This document shows positions 9,556 to 23,826 of a stretch of 64,000 bases of DNA, in pieces. Each line of letters opens with the position of its first letter. Position 1 is the stretch's first letter. This DNA comes from an uncultured Chloroflexia bacterium (GTDB lineage: Bacteria > Chloroflexota > Limnocylindria > QHBO01). The notes under the pieces were generated by a model, which worked only from the letters and a program-made list of their open reading frames with translations, had not been told where the DNA came from and searched no databases. Location of the stretch: NCBI GenBank assembly GCA_963814375.1, contig CAWFCQ010000007.1, positions 1-64,000 on the forward strand. The letters are read 5' to 3'. The position numbers and the translations under genes are program-made.

Positions 9556-10634
9556 GAGACCGGCACCCGAACCAGGACGCGCGTGCCAGCCGATCCGTCG
9601 ACGGTCACCTCGCCCCCGACCGCCGAGATCCGCTCCCGCATGCCGGCCAGGCCCGAGCCCTCGGTTCCGTCGGTGCCGCGTCCGTCATCGGCCACCTCCA
9701 GCACGACGTCGGGACCGCGTGCGGACACCGCGATCGTGGCCCGCCCGGCGTCGGCATGCCGCACGACGTTGGTGACCGCCTCGCGCAGCGCGAGGGCCAG
9801 GGCGGACTCGCGGTCCGGATCGAGCGACGGCAGATCCGCTCGCTCGACGGTGACGGCAACATCGGCCGCGGCGAGTGCCCGCTCTGCACCTTCGATCTCC
9901 GCTGCCAACCCCCGAGCCCGGTAGCCGCTCACGGCGGCCCGCACCTCGCTGAGCGCCTCGCGGCCGATGCGCTCGATGTCGCCGATCTCTGTGGCGGCAC
10001 GGTCCGGCTCGACGGCCACGAGCCGCCCCGCCAGCTCCGCCTTGACGACGATCACCGACAGGGTATGGCCCAGCAGGTCATGGAGGTCGCGCGCGATTCG
10101 CTCACGCTCGCCGAGCGTGGCGAGCCGCTCGATCTCCTCGTCCGCGCGCAGGAGACGACGCGTGGCACGGTCGCGTTCGACCTCGAAGATGCTGGCCGTC
10201 CCCGTCACGATCGTGAAGATGAGGGCCGGCGCGAAGCTGTAGAAACGCATCGGCATCGGGATCGGCGACACGATGACCATGAGAACGATGAGGCCCACCA
10301 GCCCCGCGATCACCATGACGGCCAGGCGGACGGGTTTCAGCCAGGCGGCCGCGACGGCGGCGTAGACCACGAAGACGCTCGCACCGCCGTTCACGAATGA
10401 GCCGACGAACGCCAGGCCGGCCATGGCGCCGATGAGAAGCAGCTTCCGGCGCTGGTCGTGCGGCCGGAATGTCGCGAAGTAGATCGGCAGGAAGGCCGCG
10501 ACGAGCGCGGCCGTGAGGACCCAGTCGATCGGTCCCGAGGTGGGGTCGAGGATGGGCTGGAAGAGGAGCGAGCCGAGGTAGACCAACCAGATGTAGCGGG
10601 TCCACCTCGTGCCGTCGGCCGGCTGCTCGCTCAT
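9552..10634 (-). CDS. HisKA_3 membrane sensor kinase (DesK-like)
   Basis: ERERIARDLHDLLGH, REAVTNVVRHA, DDGRG, GSGLAGMRER; about 5 TM helices. Confidence 0.93.
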   Translation of the reverse strand: MSEQPADGTRWTRYIWLVYLGSLLFQPILDPTSGPIDWVLTAALVAAFLPIYFATFRPHDQRRKLLLIGAMAGLAFVGSFVNGGASVFVVYAAVAAAWLKPVRLAVMVIAGLVGLIVLMVIVSPIPMPMRFYSFAPALIFTIVTGTASIFEVERDRATRRLLRADEEIERLATLGERERIARDLHDLLGHTLSVIVVKAELAGRLVAVEPDRAATEIGDIERIGREALSEVRAAVSGYRARGLAAEIEGAERALAAADVAVTVERADLPSLDPDRESALALALREAVTNVVRHADAGRATIAVSARGPDVVLEVADDGRGTDGTEGSGLAGMRERISAVGGEVTVDGSAGTRVLVRVPVS

Positions 10635-10641
10635 GAGGTCC

Positions 10642-11451
10642 TCATCCGTAGGTCTTGCCCTCGTCACGCCGGAACCCCCACGCCGCGACGGCCAGGAAGA
10701 CTGCCGTGAACCCCGCGAGCGCAGCGAGGTGCAGAAGCGCGGAGCCTCCCTCGGACGCACCGAACGTGCCGAGCGCGAGCTGAGAGAAATGATACGGCGG
10801 CAGGAACGGGGCGACTGCCCGGACGGCGTCCGGTAGCTGCGTGATCGGGATCCACAGGCCGGCTGCGAACGCCATCGGCAGGTAGACCAGGTTCAGGACG
10901 GCGGGAGCCGAGTTGGGCCCGATGAGATACCCGAACGCCAGTCCCATCGCGGAGAACGGCAGCGCACCGGCGATGAGCACCAGGGCCAGGCTGACCCATC
11001 GGTCGATCGACATCTCCACACCGCCCATCGTGGCCCCGAGCCCGAAGAGGGCCAGCACGATCAGCCCCGACACCGCGGTGGCCATCGCGACCTTCGCCAC
11101 GAAGTAGGCGAGCGGCGGCATCGGCGAGACGCGCTTCAGGCGCATCCAGCCCTGCCCGCGCTCGGTGGCGATCGACGCGCCGAAGCCGAAGAGGGCGGCG
11201 CCGATGACGCCGAAGGCGCCGTACGTCGCGAGCATGTAGGTCGTGACCCCCACGCCCCCGGCCGTCTCGTCCGCGAAGGTGATGCCGAAGATCACGTAGA
11301 ACATCAGCGGGAAGACGAGCGTGCTGACGGCGAACATCGGCACGCGGATGAGCTTGAGGAACTCGTGGAACGCCTCGGTGCGGTAGATCCGGACCAGGCT
11401 CGGCCCGCGGCCCGGCTCGGGCCGGACGCGGGCATCGGTCAGGGCGGTCAT
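10642..11451 (-). CDS. ABC-2 type exporter permease
   Basis: Six hydrophobic segments, IATERGQGW, GLWIP...LP. Confidence 0.9.
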   Translation of the reverse strand: MTALTDARVRPEPGRGPSLVRIYRTEAFHEFLKLIRVPMFAVSTLVFPLMFYVIFGITFADETAGGVGVTTYMLATYGAFGVIGAALFGFGASIATERGQGWMRLKRVSPMPPLAYFVAKVAMATAVSGLIVLALFGLGATMGGVEMSIDRWVSLALVLIAGALPFSAMGLAFGYLIGPNSAPAVLNLVYLPMAFAAGLWIPITQLPDAVRAVAPFLPPYHFSQLALGTFGASEGGSALLHLAALAGFTAVFLAVAAWGFRRDEGKTYG

Positions 11452-12410
11452 GCAGCTGCCTCGCTTTCGGGTGTGTCGGTCGTCAGGGCCAGGAACGCCT
11501 CCTCGAGGCTCGGCTCGACGATGGTGAGGTTGGAGACGGAAGGATCGGCCGCCAGGAGGGCGCGAACGGCCGGCTCGGCGGTCCCGACCAGCAGCTCGAT
11601 CCAGGTGCGATCGCGGGTGACGCGCTGGACGCCCGGGAATCGCTCGGCGGTGGCAACCGAGACCGAGCTCTCAGCCCGGATCCGGCGCCCCGGAACGAGC
11701 GACTTCACCTGGCTCGGCGTCCCCTCGGCGATGATGCGTCCGCGGTCCATCACGACGATGCGGTCCGCGAGCGCGTCGGCCTCCTCGAGGTAGTGGGTGG
11801 TGAGGACGACGCCACGGCCGGAGCCAGTCAGCGTCCGCAGTGTCGACCACAGCGAGCGCCGGATCTCCACGTCGAGGCCGGTCGTCGGCTCATCGAAGAA
11901 GACGAGCTCCGGGTTGCCGGCCAGCGCGATGCCGAAGAGGACGCGGCGCTGCTGGCCTCCGGAGAGATCGCCGAACAGGCGGCGCTCCAGCCCGTCCAGC
12001 CCGGCGGCCTCGACGATGTCGGCCATCGAGAGCGGATCGGGGTAGTACGCCCGAAACTCGGCGAGGAGCTCGCGGACCCGCAGCGTGTCGGGCACGCCGG
12101 ACGCCTGCAGCATCACGCCGATGCGCTGCCGCGCTCGCAGGTCGCGTGGATCGCGGCCGAAGAGCGAGGCCGTCCCGACAGTCGGGCGGGAGAGACCGGT
12201 GAGCATGCTGATGGAGGTGGTCTTGCCGGCGCCATTCGGCCCCAGCACGGCCAACAGCTCGCCCGACCGAACGGTCAGGTCGACGTCGCGAACGGCATCC
12301 ACCGCCGCCGCACCGGAGCCGAATCGCTTCGACGCCCCGCGCAGCTCGGCAAGCACCGTCCGCTCGTCACGGGTAGGTGTGGTCGGAGTCGACCAGGTTT
12401 GAGTAGCCAT
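11448..12410 (-). CDS. ABC exporter ATP-binding protein
   Basis: GPNGAGKT, LSGGQ, FFDEPT, TTHY. Confidence 0.95.
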   Translation of the reverse strand: MATQTWSTPTTPTRDERTVLAELRGASKRFGSGAAAVDAVRDVDLTVRSGELLAVLGPNGAGKTTSISMLTGLSRPTVGTASLFGRDPRDLRARQRIGVMLQASGVPDTLRVRELLAEFRAYYPDPLSMADIVEAAGLDGLERRLFGDLSGGQQRRVLFGIALAGNPELVFFDEPTTGLDVEIRRSLWSTLRTLTGSGRGVVLTTHYLEEADALADRIVVMDRGRIIAEGTPSQVKSLVPGRRIRAESSVSVATAERFPGVQRVTRDRTWIELLVGTAEPAVRALLAADPSVSNLTIVEPSLEEAFLALTTDTPESEAAA

Positions 12411-12468
12411 GCCCCGACGATGCGGCCCCCAACCGGGCCACGGTAGTGTGCGAGATCACGAGCGCCGC

Positions 12469-12482
12469 ATGACATTCATCAC
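12469..12482. promoter_or_regulatory. Possible NarL-type regulator site upstream of the ABC exporter
   Basis: Imperfect inverted repeat ATGACATTCATCAC about 60 bp upstream of the ABC gene start. Confidence 0.35.
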
Positions 12483-12783
12483 CCGCCGGCGCATGCGTCA
12501 TCGGCTCCAGCACCAGCCGGGAGCACGCCGTGGCCGTGCAGATGTCAAGTGCTATTTGCCGGCGGGTGTACGCTGAGACCGGACCACGTTCTGGCCGAGC
12601 CACTGACCGATGGATCGCCCGCACTCGTTCCGAGTATGCGCGTACCCCGGCGCACGAATGCGTGAAGCGGGTGCGCGGCCCTGGGGCGGCGCACGACGCC
12701 TCCAGACGCATCGACCCCGACCCCCTCCGAGCCTCCAGGCTGCTGGATTCATTACGGCCACTCGGTGAGAGAAGGAGTCGATC

Positions 12784-13914
12784 ATGCCCTCGCGACGAGA
12801 GCTGGCCGAGGTCAGCCCGGTCAAGCTGCGGAAGCTGCCTGGCTTCTCAAGAGTTGAGCGACATAGTGCCCTCTTTCCGAAGCAGTCCACCAGCGCCGGC
12901 CAGGCAAGGACCCTGCAACGGCGCACCCTGACGAACATGGCTGCAGTCCAGCCTGGATCGCAGCCCGCATCGAAGTCGATCAGGGCCACGCGACCCGCGA
13001 CACGAGACTTCGGGAGGCTTCGCGCGGTTCACAACAGCGCGTCGGCGAGCGCCGAGCTGGTCGCGCAGAAGCTGACTCCGGACGATGCGCTCGGCACCCT
13101 GTACTCCGCGCTCGTGACATACGAGTACGTCCAGTTGAAGGCCGAACGCAAGCGCCGGCTGGCGCTGGCCAAGGATCGCCGACGCGTCGACGCGCGGTGG
13201 CGACAGATCGTCCAGGCTGCGTCGCAGGCCTTCGCCGACGGCGGCATCCGCGGGGTCACCGAAGCGGACCTCGACCGGTTCGGCACGGAGCTCACGCGGA
13301 GCCGGGCCAACTTCAACGCCGTCGTCGAGATCGCGAACTCCGCGCGGGACCTGGTATCGGTGGCCGGCGGCGGGGCCTCCACGGCAGCCGGCAACTTCGT
13401 CACGATTTACGACAGGTTCGAGGACCTGGCACCCGTGGTCATCCCGACGCCGGATGACCTGTGCGATCGGCCCATCGAGGGCAAGTACACGAAGCACTTC
13501 AGCCGGTCCTTCAGCCTGAGCGTCCGGATCACGTACTGGTGTCCGACGTGGACGAACTGGACGCGGACGTGTACCAAGACGGTCACGCTCGCAGGCGTCA
13601 GCTTCAGCATCGGACTGGAGGTCGGCTATCGAATCACCTGCTGCGGTGCGATCGCGTGGGGCCAGGCATACACGCAGGCATGCGGCACGATCGTCGGCAT
13701 CACCCTGTGTGCCAGCTGCAGCGCCAAGGTCATCGGCGTGGCCGGGATCTCACGGTCCGGATCGGGATCGTCGTGCACGTACGGCCTCGGCGTCACGGCT
13801 GAGCTCAGATGCATGGTCGGAGGCGTGACAGTGTTCTACGCCAGCGTGCCTTACGGGTGGACCATCACGGGCCCGTGCCCGCCGCCGGTCCTCCCCTGCA
13901 ACACCATCGGCTGA
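12784..13914 (+). CDS. Hypothetical protein with Cys-rich, beta-rich C-terminal domain
   Basis: AAGGAG RBS; 12 Cys in the last ~150 aa; stop overlaps the next start (TGATG). Confidence 0.8.
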   Translation: MPSRRELAEVSPVKLRKLPGFSRVERHSALFPKQSTSAGQARTLQRRTLTNMAAVQPGSQPASKSIRATRPATRDFGRLRAVHNSASASAELVAQKLTPDDALGTLYSALVTYEYVQLKAERKRRLALAKDRRRVDARWRQIVQAASQAFADGGIRGVTEADLDRFGTELTRSRANFNAVVEIANSARDLVSVAGGGASTAAGNFVTIYDRFEDLAPVVIPTPDDLCDRPIEGKYTKHFSRSFSLSVRITYWCPTWTNWTRTCTKTVTLAGVSFSIGLEVGYRITCCGAIAWGQAYTQACGTIVGITLCASCSAKVIGVAGISRSGSGSSCTYGLGVTAELRCMVGGVTVFYASVPYGWTITGPCPPPVLPCNTIG

Positions 13915-14234
13915 TGGGGAATCAGCTCGACGAGCCCCTCCTGTTCGTGATGAGCGTCCTGGCGACGTGGCGAATTGCGGCGCTGGTCGCATACGAGAGC
14001 GGTCCCTTCCGCTCCCTGGAAGCGCTCCGCCGCCTCCTCGTCCAATTGCGACTGGGGCGGCTCGTCGGCTGCTTCCATTGTCTCGCCGTGTGGATCGCGG
14101 CCATCGTGGTCGCTGTCGCCTATCTGTGGGAGCCGATGACCGTGCTCGTTTGGCTTGCGGTTGCCGGCGCCGTGTCGATCATCGAACGCTGGCTCGGAGA
14201 GACGAGCTTCATGGAAGGCCAAGAGGATGGTTGA
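13914..14234 (+). CDS. DUF1360 family membrane protein
   Basis: LATWRIAALVAYESGPF...LVGCFHCLAVW (CxxC). Confidence 0.8.
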   Translation: MGNQLDEPLLFVMSVLATWRIAALVAYESGPFRSLEALRRLLVQLRLGRLVGCFHCLAVWIAAIVVAVAYLWEPMTVLVWLAVAGAVSIIERWLGETSFMEGQEDG

Positions 14235-14475
14235 GGGCTGCTGTGGCCAGCTGCGGCCGAAACGACGAGTGCGCGCAAATCGCGAGCCCCTTCCAGCCAA
14301 CCCCACCCCGGCCGGGGGGATCACGATGATCTACCTCGGCTCGGGCCGGCGTGACCTGGACGGACCACGATCGGGACTGCGCTACTTCGTATCCGATCAC
14401 CGGCGGCACTTCAAAGCCGATCCTAGTGACGTCGAGCTCCTGGTGCGACGGCGCGACTTCATGCTCAAAGTGTGA
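14227..14475 (+). CDS. Small hypothetical protein with N-terminal GCCG
   Basis: MVEGCCGQ...IYLGSG...GPRSGLRYFV; overlaps the DUF1360 stop by 8 nt. Confidence 0.7.
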   Translation: MVEGCCGQLRPKRRVRANREPLPANPTPAGGITMIYLGSGRRDLDGPRSGLRYFVSDHRRHFKADPSDVELLVRRRDFMLKV

Positions 14476-14480
14476 GCTTG

Positions 14481-14714
14481 TCAACCGCCGTGCCGGCGCA
14501 GCAGGTAGACCGCCAACGCAATCAGGCCAAGCATCCCAAGGAGAGCCCAAGCCCCGGTCAAAGTCACGCCAAAACACCCGAGCTTGGCCTTCGACTCACG
14601 AATCTCGCGCAGAATCCGCTCGGGATCCGAACCCGGATCCGCGCTGGGCGGCGGCCATGGCGGCGCGTTCGGCAGGTGGTCCTGATCGCGCTCAACCGGC
14701 TCTTGATCGTTCAT
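14481..14714 (-). CDS. Small membrane protein
   Basis: GGAGGAG RBS; C-terminal TM helix followed by RRH. Confidence 0.55.
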   Translation of the reverse strand: MNDQEPVERDQDHLPNAPPWPPPSADPGSDPERILREIRESKAKLGCFGVTLTGAWALLGMLGLIALAVYLLRRHGG

Positions 14715-14924
14715 CCGATGGCTCCTCCGCATCAGGACGCGTGTTCGCCATATTGGGCACCTCAAGCGGCCCAGATTGCAACCGGGCCTGAGGCTCGATT
14801 CGTGCCATCAATCGCCGCCCGGTAGACATCCGACATCGACGTGTCCGGGAGCCGTGTAGCCGAAGGCTACCGTCGCTCAGACTCGAGCTTCGACGTCTCT
14901 AGGAGTGATCGCCATTCGGGTCGC

Positions 14925-18086
<3,162 letters not shown>

Positions 18087-18215
18087 GATGGGATGAATCC
18101 CTCTGCGTTGCTATCGGCCGGCGGAAGGCCTTTCGCGGATGCAGCGTCCGCGTCGGTCGAGCGGGTCCCACCACCGGTCCGGCGCCTTGCTGTGCGCCGC
18201 ATTGTCAGGTCGTCA

Positions 18216-18245
18216 AGTGTATGACGCGCTCACCCGCCTCGTCAA
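18216..18245 (-). promoter_or_regulatory. Sigma70-type nrdJ promoter
   Basis: Minus strand TTGACG-N18-TACACT. Confidence 0.55.
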
Positions 18246-18252
18246 GCAAAAA

Positions 18253-18301
18253 CCACAACATCTGGTGGTGTGGTTCGTGCCCGCACCACAACATGATGTG
18301 G
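18253..18301. promoter_or_regulatory. Two NrdR boxes
   Basis: CCACAACATCTGGTGG (18253-18268) and CCACAACATGATGTGG (18286-18301), 33 bp apart, resembling the NrdR consensus acaCwAtATaTwGtgt. Confidence 0.85.
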
Positions 18302-18395
18302 CGGGCCCGAGTCAATTGTGTGACACATGTGGATGGTTTGTGGGGAACGGGGGTCTGGCTGTGGAGTCGATGTGGAGTGGTGGTCGGCGTCTCGG

Positions 18396-18527
18396 TTTAC
18401 CGCTGCTGGTAAGCAACGGAGAGGGAACGGCCGAATCGGGCTGAAATCGGTCGTGAATTGATCGGATCCGGTAAGCCGCGGCCATTGAGAGGGCCCTGGA
18501 TCTCCGTTGGTTACCAGGGTGAGTAAA
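18396..18527. repeat. Palindromic element, copy 1 (132 bp)
   Basis: TTTACC-GCTGCT-GGTAAGCAACGGAGA ... TTGATC-N6-GGTAAGCCGCGG ... TCTCCGTTGGTTACC-AGGGTG-AGTAAA. Confidence 0.93.
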
Positions 18528-18539
18528 GGCGGAGCTGCA

Positions 18540-19517
18540 GCAGGGTCGTTCGGCGTTGGTGGCACCGGGTGCAACCGCCGCGGATTGCGCCGAGCGGGAG
18601 CGGAACCATTCGAGGGTCTGCTCGATCGCGGCCTCGACCGGGGTCGGAGCCGCTCCGAAGGTGGTGCGGAACTCTTCGTCGTCGACGACCCAGGGGCCTT
18701 CCCACTGGTAGAGCGTGCCGCGCAGCTCGCGAATGCGGGGCGAGAAGAGGCCCGCCATGATCACCATCGGCCGCGAGATACGCGAAGGGCGCACCGGCCG
18801 GCCGACGGCCTCCGCGAGCTTGCTCCCCCACTCGCGGCCGGTCATGGCCGGCTGGACGGGCAGGTGCCAGACCCGACCATCGGCCTCGCTGCGCTCTCCG
18901 AGGGTGACGAGCCCCGCGGCCATGTCCGGAAGGAAGCTGAGGCTGTGCGGCTGGTCGAGGCTGCCGAGCCATCGGGTCTGCTTGCCGGCGGCCGCGGCGC
19001 CGAAGAGCAGCTCGCCGACTCCCGAGTTGATGCCGCCCGGGCCGAAGTAGTCGGACGAGCGCCCGATCGCGACGCGGATTCGGCCGTCGCGATGCGCGGC
19101 CAGGAGGTCATCGGCCATGCTCGCGCGCAGAAGGCCCTTGCGGTCGGTCGCTCGCTGCGGCGTGTCCGGGCGGAGCGGTCCGTCGGGCGGGCCGTACATG
19201 TAGAGGTTGTCGGCCATCACCAGCTTGGCGCCGAGCGCCTCCACGGCGCCGATGAGGTTCGCCTGGATCGGCGGGAACTCGATCGGCCAGCGATGGTAGG
19301 TCGGGCTGACGCACTGGTAGACCACGGTCGCGCCGTCGACGGCGGCACGCATGGCGGCCGGATCCGAGAGGTCGGCGGCGACGTTCTCGACGCCCTCGGT
19401 GCTTCCCGGCCGGCGGGAGACGCTTCGGACCCGATGGCCGCGGCGCAGCAGCTCCTTCACCACGGCGGCCCCGGTGCCGCCGGATCCACCCAGGACGACG
19501 TGCAGCTCATCGGTCAT
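18540..19517 (-). CDS. NAD-dependent epimerase/dehydratase family protein (3' end uncertain)
   Basis: GGSGGTG, DNLYMYG, KGLLRA, SDYFGPG; as assembled the ORF reads through element copy 1 to 18312. Confidence 0.85.
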
Positions 19518-19548
19518 TTCGGACACTCCATTCATTACGAGATGCTGT

Positions 19549-19595
19549 ATCTTGCTGGTGGTAAGATAGAGCAGGTATGTTGACGGTGTCAAGAT
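19549..19595. promoter_or_regulatory. Paired TetR operators
   Basis: ATCTTGCTGGTGGTAAGAT (19549-19567) and ATGTTGACGGTGTCAAGAT (19577-19595) between divergent genes. Confidence 0.75.
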
Positions 19596-20209
19596 GAAGG
19601 CGGCGACGCGCACGACGTATCACCACGGGGACCTCCGGGCGACCCTGCTCCGGGTGGGGCTGGAGCTCGTCGCCGAGCGCGGGATCAACGGCTTCACGCT
19701 GCGCGAGGTCGCGCGGCGCGCCGGTGTCAGCCACGCGGCTCCGTACCACCACTTCGCCGATCGCGGCGCGCTGGTCCGAGCGATCGTCGCCGAGAGCTAT
19801 GCCGACCTGGCCGTGGCGCTCGAGGCGTCAGCGACGAAAGGCGGCGACGACGCGGTCGAGCGGCTCGAGGCGATGGGAGAGGGATATGTCGGCGTTCGCG
19901 CTCGCCAACCCGGATCGGTATCGGCTCATGTTCCGCACCGAGCTCGCCGGCGACGGGTCGGAGGCCGACGAGGTCGACCGGGCCGGGGCCGATGCCTTCG
20001 GAGCGCTGGTCACCGCGGTGGAGGCGGCGCACGCCTCGGGTCGGCTCGCGGCCGACGTGGATGTCGGGACTGCGGCCGCCGCGTGCTGGGCCACGGTCCA
20101 CGGTGTCTCGTCGCTGCTGATCGATGGCGCTCTCGGCGTGCCGGCCGACCAGCCGGAACGGGGCCTTCAGCTCGCTCGCCGACTCGTGGAGGTGACGTTG
20201 GAGGACTGA
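19594..20209 (+). CDS. TetR family regulator with WHG domain (frameshift near 19890)
   Basis: YHHGDLR, LREVARRAGVSHAAPYHHF; second frame YRLMF...WATVHG. Confidence 0.9.
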
Positions 20210-20244
20210 CGACCTGAATCGGCTAAGGGCGCGCATCGTCGGGA

Positions 20245-23200
20245 TCAGGCTCGAGCCGTCTCTGACCTCGCGGCGGGCTCTGCGGCAGGCGCGTCTGCCG
20301 CTGAGACCTCGAGCGCATCATCCAGGAGGGCCGTCCAGGCGGTCGCCCCAACCGATTCGAAGGTGGCCCTCGCCTGCGGCTCCCAGGCACGGACGCGCGA
20401 ATCGCCAGGGAGCGCCAGGAGCACGACGATCGTCGTCAGCGCGGCGTCCCAATTGAGAGCCCGGCCGACCTGTACCGCGCGAGCGCGTCCGCAAACTGCC
20501 GCGTACGCTTCGTCCGGCTTGCCCTCGACAGCCGCGAGCACGGCGGACATCCCGATGCGAGCGGCATTGCTCCACGCGCCGCTGATCGGTGCTTCGTCAG
20601 CCCTCCGCCGCGCCGCTTCGAGCCGCCCTATCTCTCCGGTGTGGAGCACGGCGTTGGCCAGGTGATGCCACACCCAGAAAGCCGCCCATGGGTCGATTTC
20701 GATGGCGCTCGACGCTGTGGCTGCCGCGTCGTCCCATCGTCGCTCGAGGCACGCGTGCCACGTTCGAACGATCGAACGGGTTGAGGGGGACGCGCGGATT
20801 CGAGCTGCTTGCCACCAGCCTATCGAGCTCGGCAATGCCCTCGCGGATGTCCCTGCCGGCCGACGCCTCGATGTAGAGCCGATCGGGGATCAGGTAGATG
20901 AGGTCGTCGTCCGACGGACCGAGGTCCATCGCCTTTTCGAAGCAGGTCGTCACTTTCGCGCCATGTCTCGGCGGTTCCGCAGCGCGAGGGTCATTTCGAC
21001 CAGGTTGGCGATCAGCGAGGTGTATGCCCCTCGGTCGCCAAGGCGTTCAGCCAGCTGGACGGTCTGCCGGAATGCTTCCAGCGCACGCCCTGGCTCGTCG
21101 TCGGTGAGCGTGTTTCCCAGATTCATCCGAGCCCGAAGCCCGAGATGCGCCAGACCCTCGCGCTCGGCGATGCGGATCCCACTCTCGAGGAGCGATGCGC
21201 CCTCGCGGCGACGACCGAGCTGGCTCAGCGCGGAGCCCTTGTTCACGAGGGCGGTCGCGGCCACGCGTTCAAGGTCCTGGCGCTCGGCGATGACGAGGGC
21301 GCGGTCGGCGTAGGTGATGGATGCCTCGCTCCGTTCGTTGCGCATCTCCGCACGCGACTGTGCCGACAGGAGCGACGGCTTCGGGCTCGCCCCAGCCGGC
21401 CTCCGAGCTGTCGACGAGGCCGGCCACTGCCTCGGTGAGCAGCTCGGAAGCCTCGCGCACGCGGCCGGCGTCCAGCAGCAGGTCGGCGACGAGCGCGGTT
21501 GCGGCAATCGCCGCGGAACTGGTCACCGATCTCCCGGTAGAGCTCCAGCGCGGCTTCGGCGAATCCGACGTCGGCCGGAACGAGCCCAGCCGAATTCGCG
21601 TGTCCCGCTGCCCGCTCCAGCAGCTCGGCGCGCTCGCGAGGCTCCTTCGTCAGCTCCAGCGCGTGCTCGAGGTTTCCGACAGCCTGCTCGTGCGCTCCGA
21701 GCCTTGCGGCGCGATCGGCCGCCGAGCGAAGGCTGATGCGCGCCTGGGCGCCGACGGCATCGGCCTCGGGGCCCTCATCCGACGCTCGGTACGCGGCGAG
21801 GTAATGGGTGGCGAGCGCGCCGGCGGCTTCGTCAGATTCCGCTGCCTCCAGGTGGCGGGCGGCGGCGAGGTGCCGGCTCCGGCGCTCGCGCATGGCGAGC
21901 GTGTCGTAGGCGACCTCGCGGATCAGCGACTGGACGAACCGATACTGGCCCCGCTCCGGTGAGCGAGGATCGGCCTCGATCTCGAGCAGCTCCCGACGCA
22001 CCAGCCCTCGTAGCCGCGGCTCGAGCTCTTCGGGGCCACTGCCCGACACCGATGCCAGCGCATCGGCGCCGAAGGCCAGGCCGAGCACGGCCCCGTGCTG
22101 GAGCAGGGTGCGGTCTTCCGGCGAGAGCGCGTCAAGGCGCGAGGCGATGAGAGATCGGAGGCTGACCGGGATGGGCATCGACTCGAGGTCACCGGTCGGA
22201 ACGAAGGCGTCGCCCTGTCGCTCGATGCGCCCCTCGGCGAGGAGGGCGCGGACCATCTCGACGGCGTAGAGCGGCATCCCGCCGGCGCGCTCGACGATCG
22301 GTCCGATCTGGGCATCCGGCAGTCCGGGAAGCATGCCGCTCAGGAGCTCGCGCATCTCGGCATCGGCCATCGGCTCGAGCGCGATCGCGGTCGAGTTGCC
22401 GCGCCCGTCCCCCACCCGGCTCGCGTGTCCAGGAGCTCGGGCCGGGCGAGCGTCACCACGAACATCGGCTGTGCGCGCGACCAGTCGAGGAGGTGCTCGA
22501 CGAAGTCGAGGGTGCCGCTGTCCGCCCATTGAAGGTCCTCGAAGACGAGGACCGTCGTGCCGCGCTGCGCGACTCGCTCGAAGAACGTGCGCCAGGCAGG
22601 GAAGAGGGACTCGCCCTCGGCGGGGTCGGCGTTGACGCCGAGCAGGGCGAGGAGCGCCGGAGCGATCCATTCGCGCTCAGCGGGGTCGCTCACGAATTCC
22701 TCGACGGTGGCGGCGACGCGTTCCGTGGTCGTCTCGGCGTCATCGGCCTCCACCAGGCCGGCGCGCTGGCGAATCATCTCGCCGAGGGCCCAGAAGGCGA
22801 TCCCCTCGCCGTAGGACGGCGAGCGGCCGGTGTGCCACCACACGTCCTCCGCGATCCCGTCGGCGTAGACGCCGAGCTCCTCGATGAGCCGGCTCTTCCC
22901 GATTCCGGCGGGTCCGGTGATCGAGACGAGGCGGATGCGCTGCTCGCGGCCGACCGCGTGCAGGAGCTCCTTCGTGCGCCGAAGCTCATCGGCGCGACCG
23001 ACGAACGGCGGCTCGACGAGGCCCTCGCTCGAGCGCGCGGCGAGCACGCGGACCGCGCGCCAGGCGCGCATCGCCTCGGCCTTGCCCTTGAGCTGCCGTT
23101 CGTCGACCGGCTCGAAGACGATCGTCGCCGATGCGGCCTGGACGGTGCTCTGGTCGGCCAGCACCTCGCCCGGCCCGGCCGACGACTGCAGCCGCGACGC

Positions 23201-23764
23201 GGTGTTCACCATGTCGCCGGCCACCATGCCCTGGTTCGTCGCGCCGATGCTGACCGCCGCTTCGCCGGTGACGATGCCGGCCCGCGCGTCGAGGTCGTGG
23301 CCGAGGGCGCGGACCGCGTCGATCACCTCGAGGCCGGCCCGAACGGCACGCTGGGCGTCGTCCTCGTGCGCGATCGGCGTGCCCCACACCGCCATCACCG
23401 CATCGCCGATGAACTTCTCGACCGTCCCGCCGTGGCGCGTGATCGCCTCGCTGGCGGCCTCGAAGTAGCGGCTCTGGAGCGCGCGCACCTGCTCGGGGTC
23501 GCGCCCGTCGGCGAAGCTCGTGAACCCGACCAGATCGGCGAAGAGGACGCTGACGAACCGCCGTTCGGCCGATGGGCCTGTTGCGGGCTGGGACGCGGCT
23601 GGCGCCGGGGCCTCGGTCAGGGGCTTGGCGCAGGACGCGCAGAAGCGCGCGTCCGCCCGATTCGGCTCACCGCACGCGGGGCAGGTCGATGCGAGCGGGG
23701 CGGCGCATTGGTCGCAGAACTTGCTGCCGGTGCGGTTCTCGGCTCCGCATGCCGCGCAGATCAT
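20245..23764 (-). CDS. Double zinc ribbon + class III adenylate/guanylate cyclase + AAA ATPase + TPR protein (several frameshifts)
   Basis: Four CxxC motifs, FADLVGFT, EKFIGDA, GDMVNTASRLQ, GPAGIGKS, FEDLQWAD, GMPLYAVE and YRFVQSLIREVAY across ORF fragments. Confidence 0.9.
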
Positions 23765-23826
23765 CGGCCCTCCGTTGGTTTCGCTTCGCGGAGGGTAGTC
23801 GATGGAAGGCGCCGCCGCGGCGGCGA

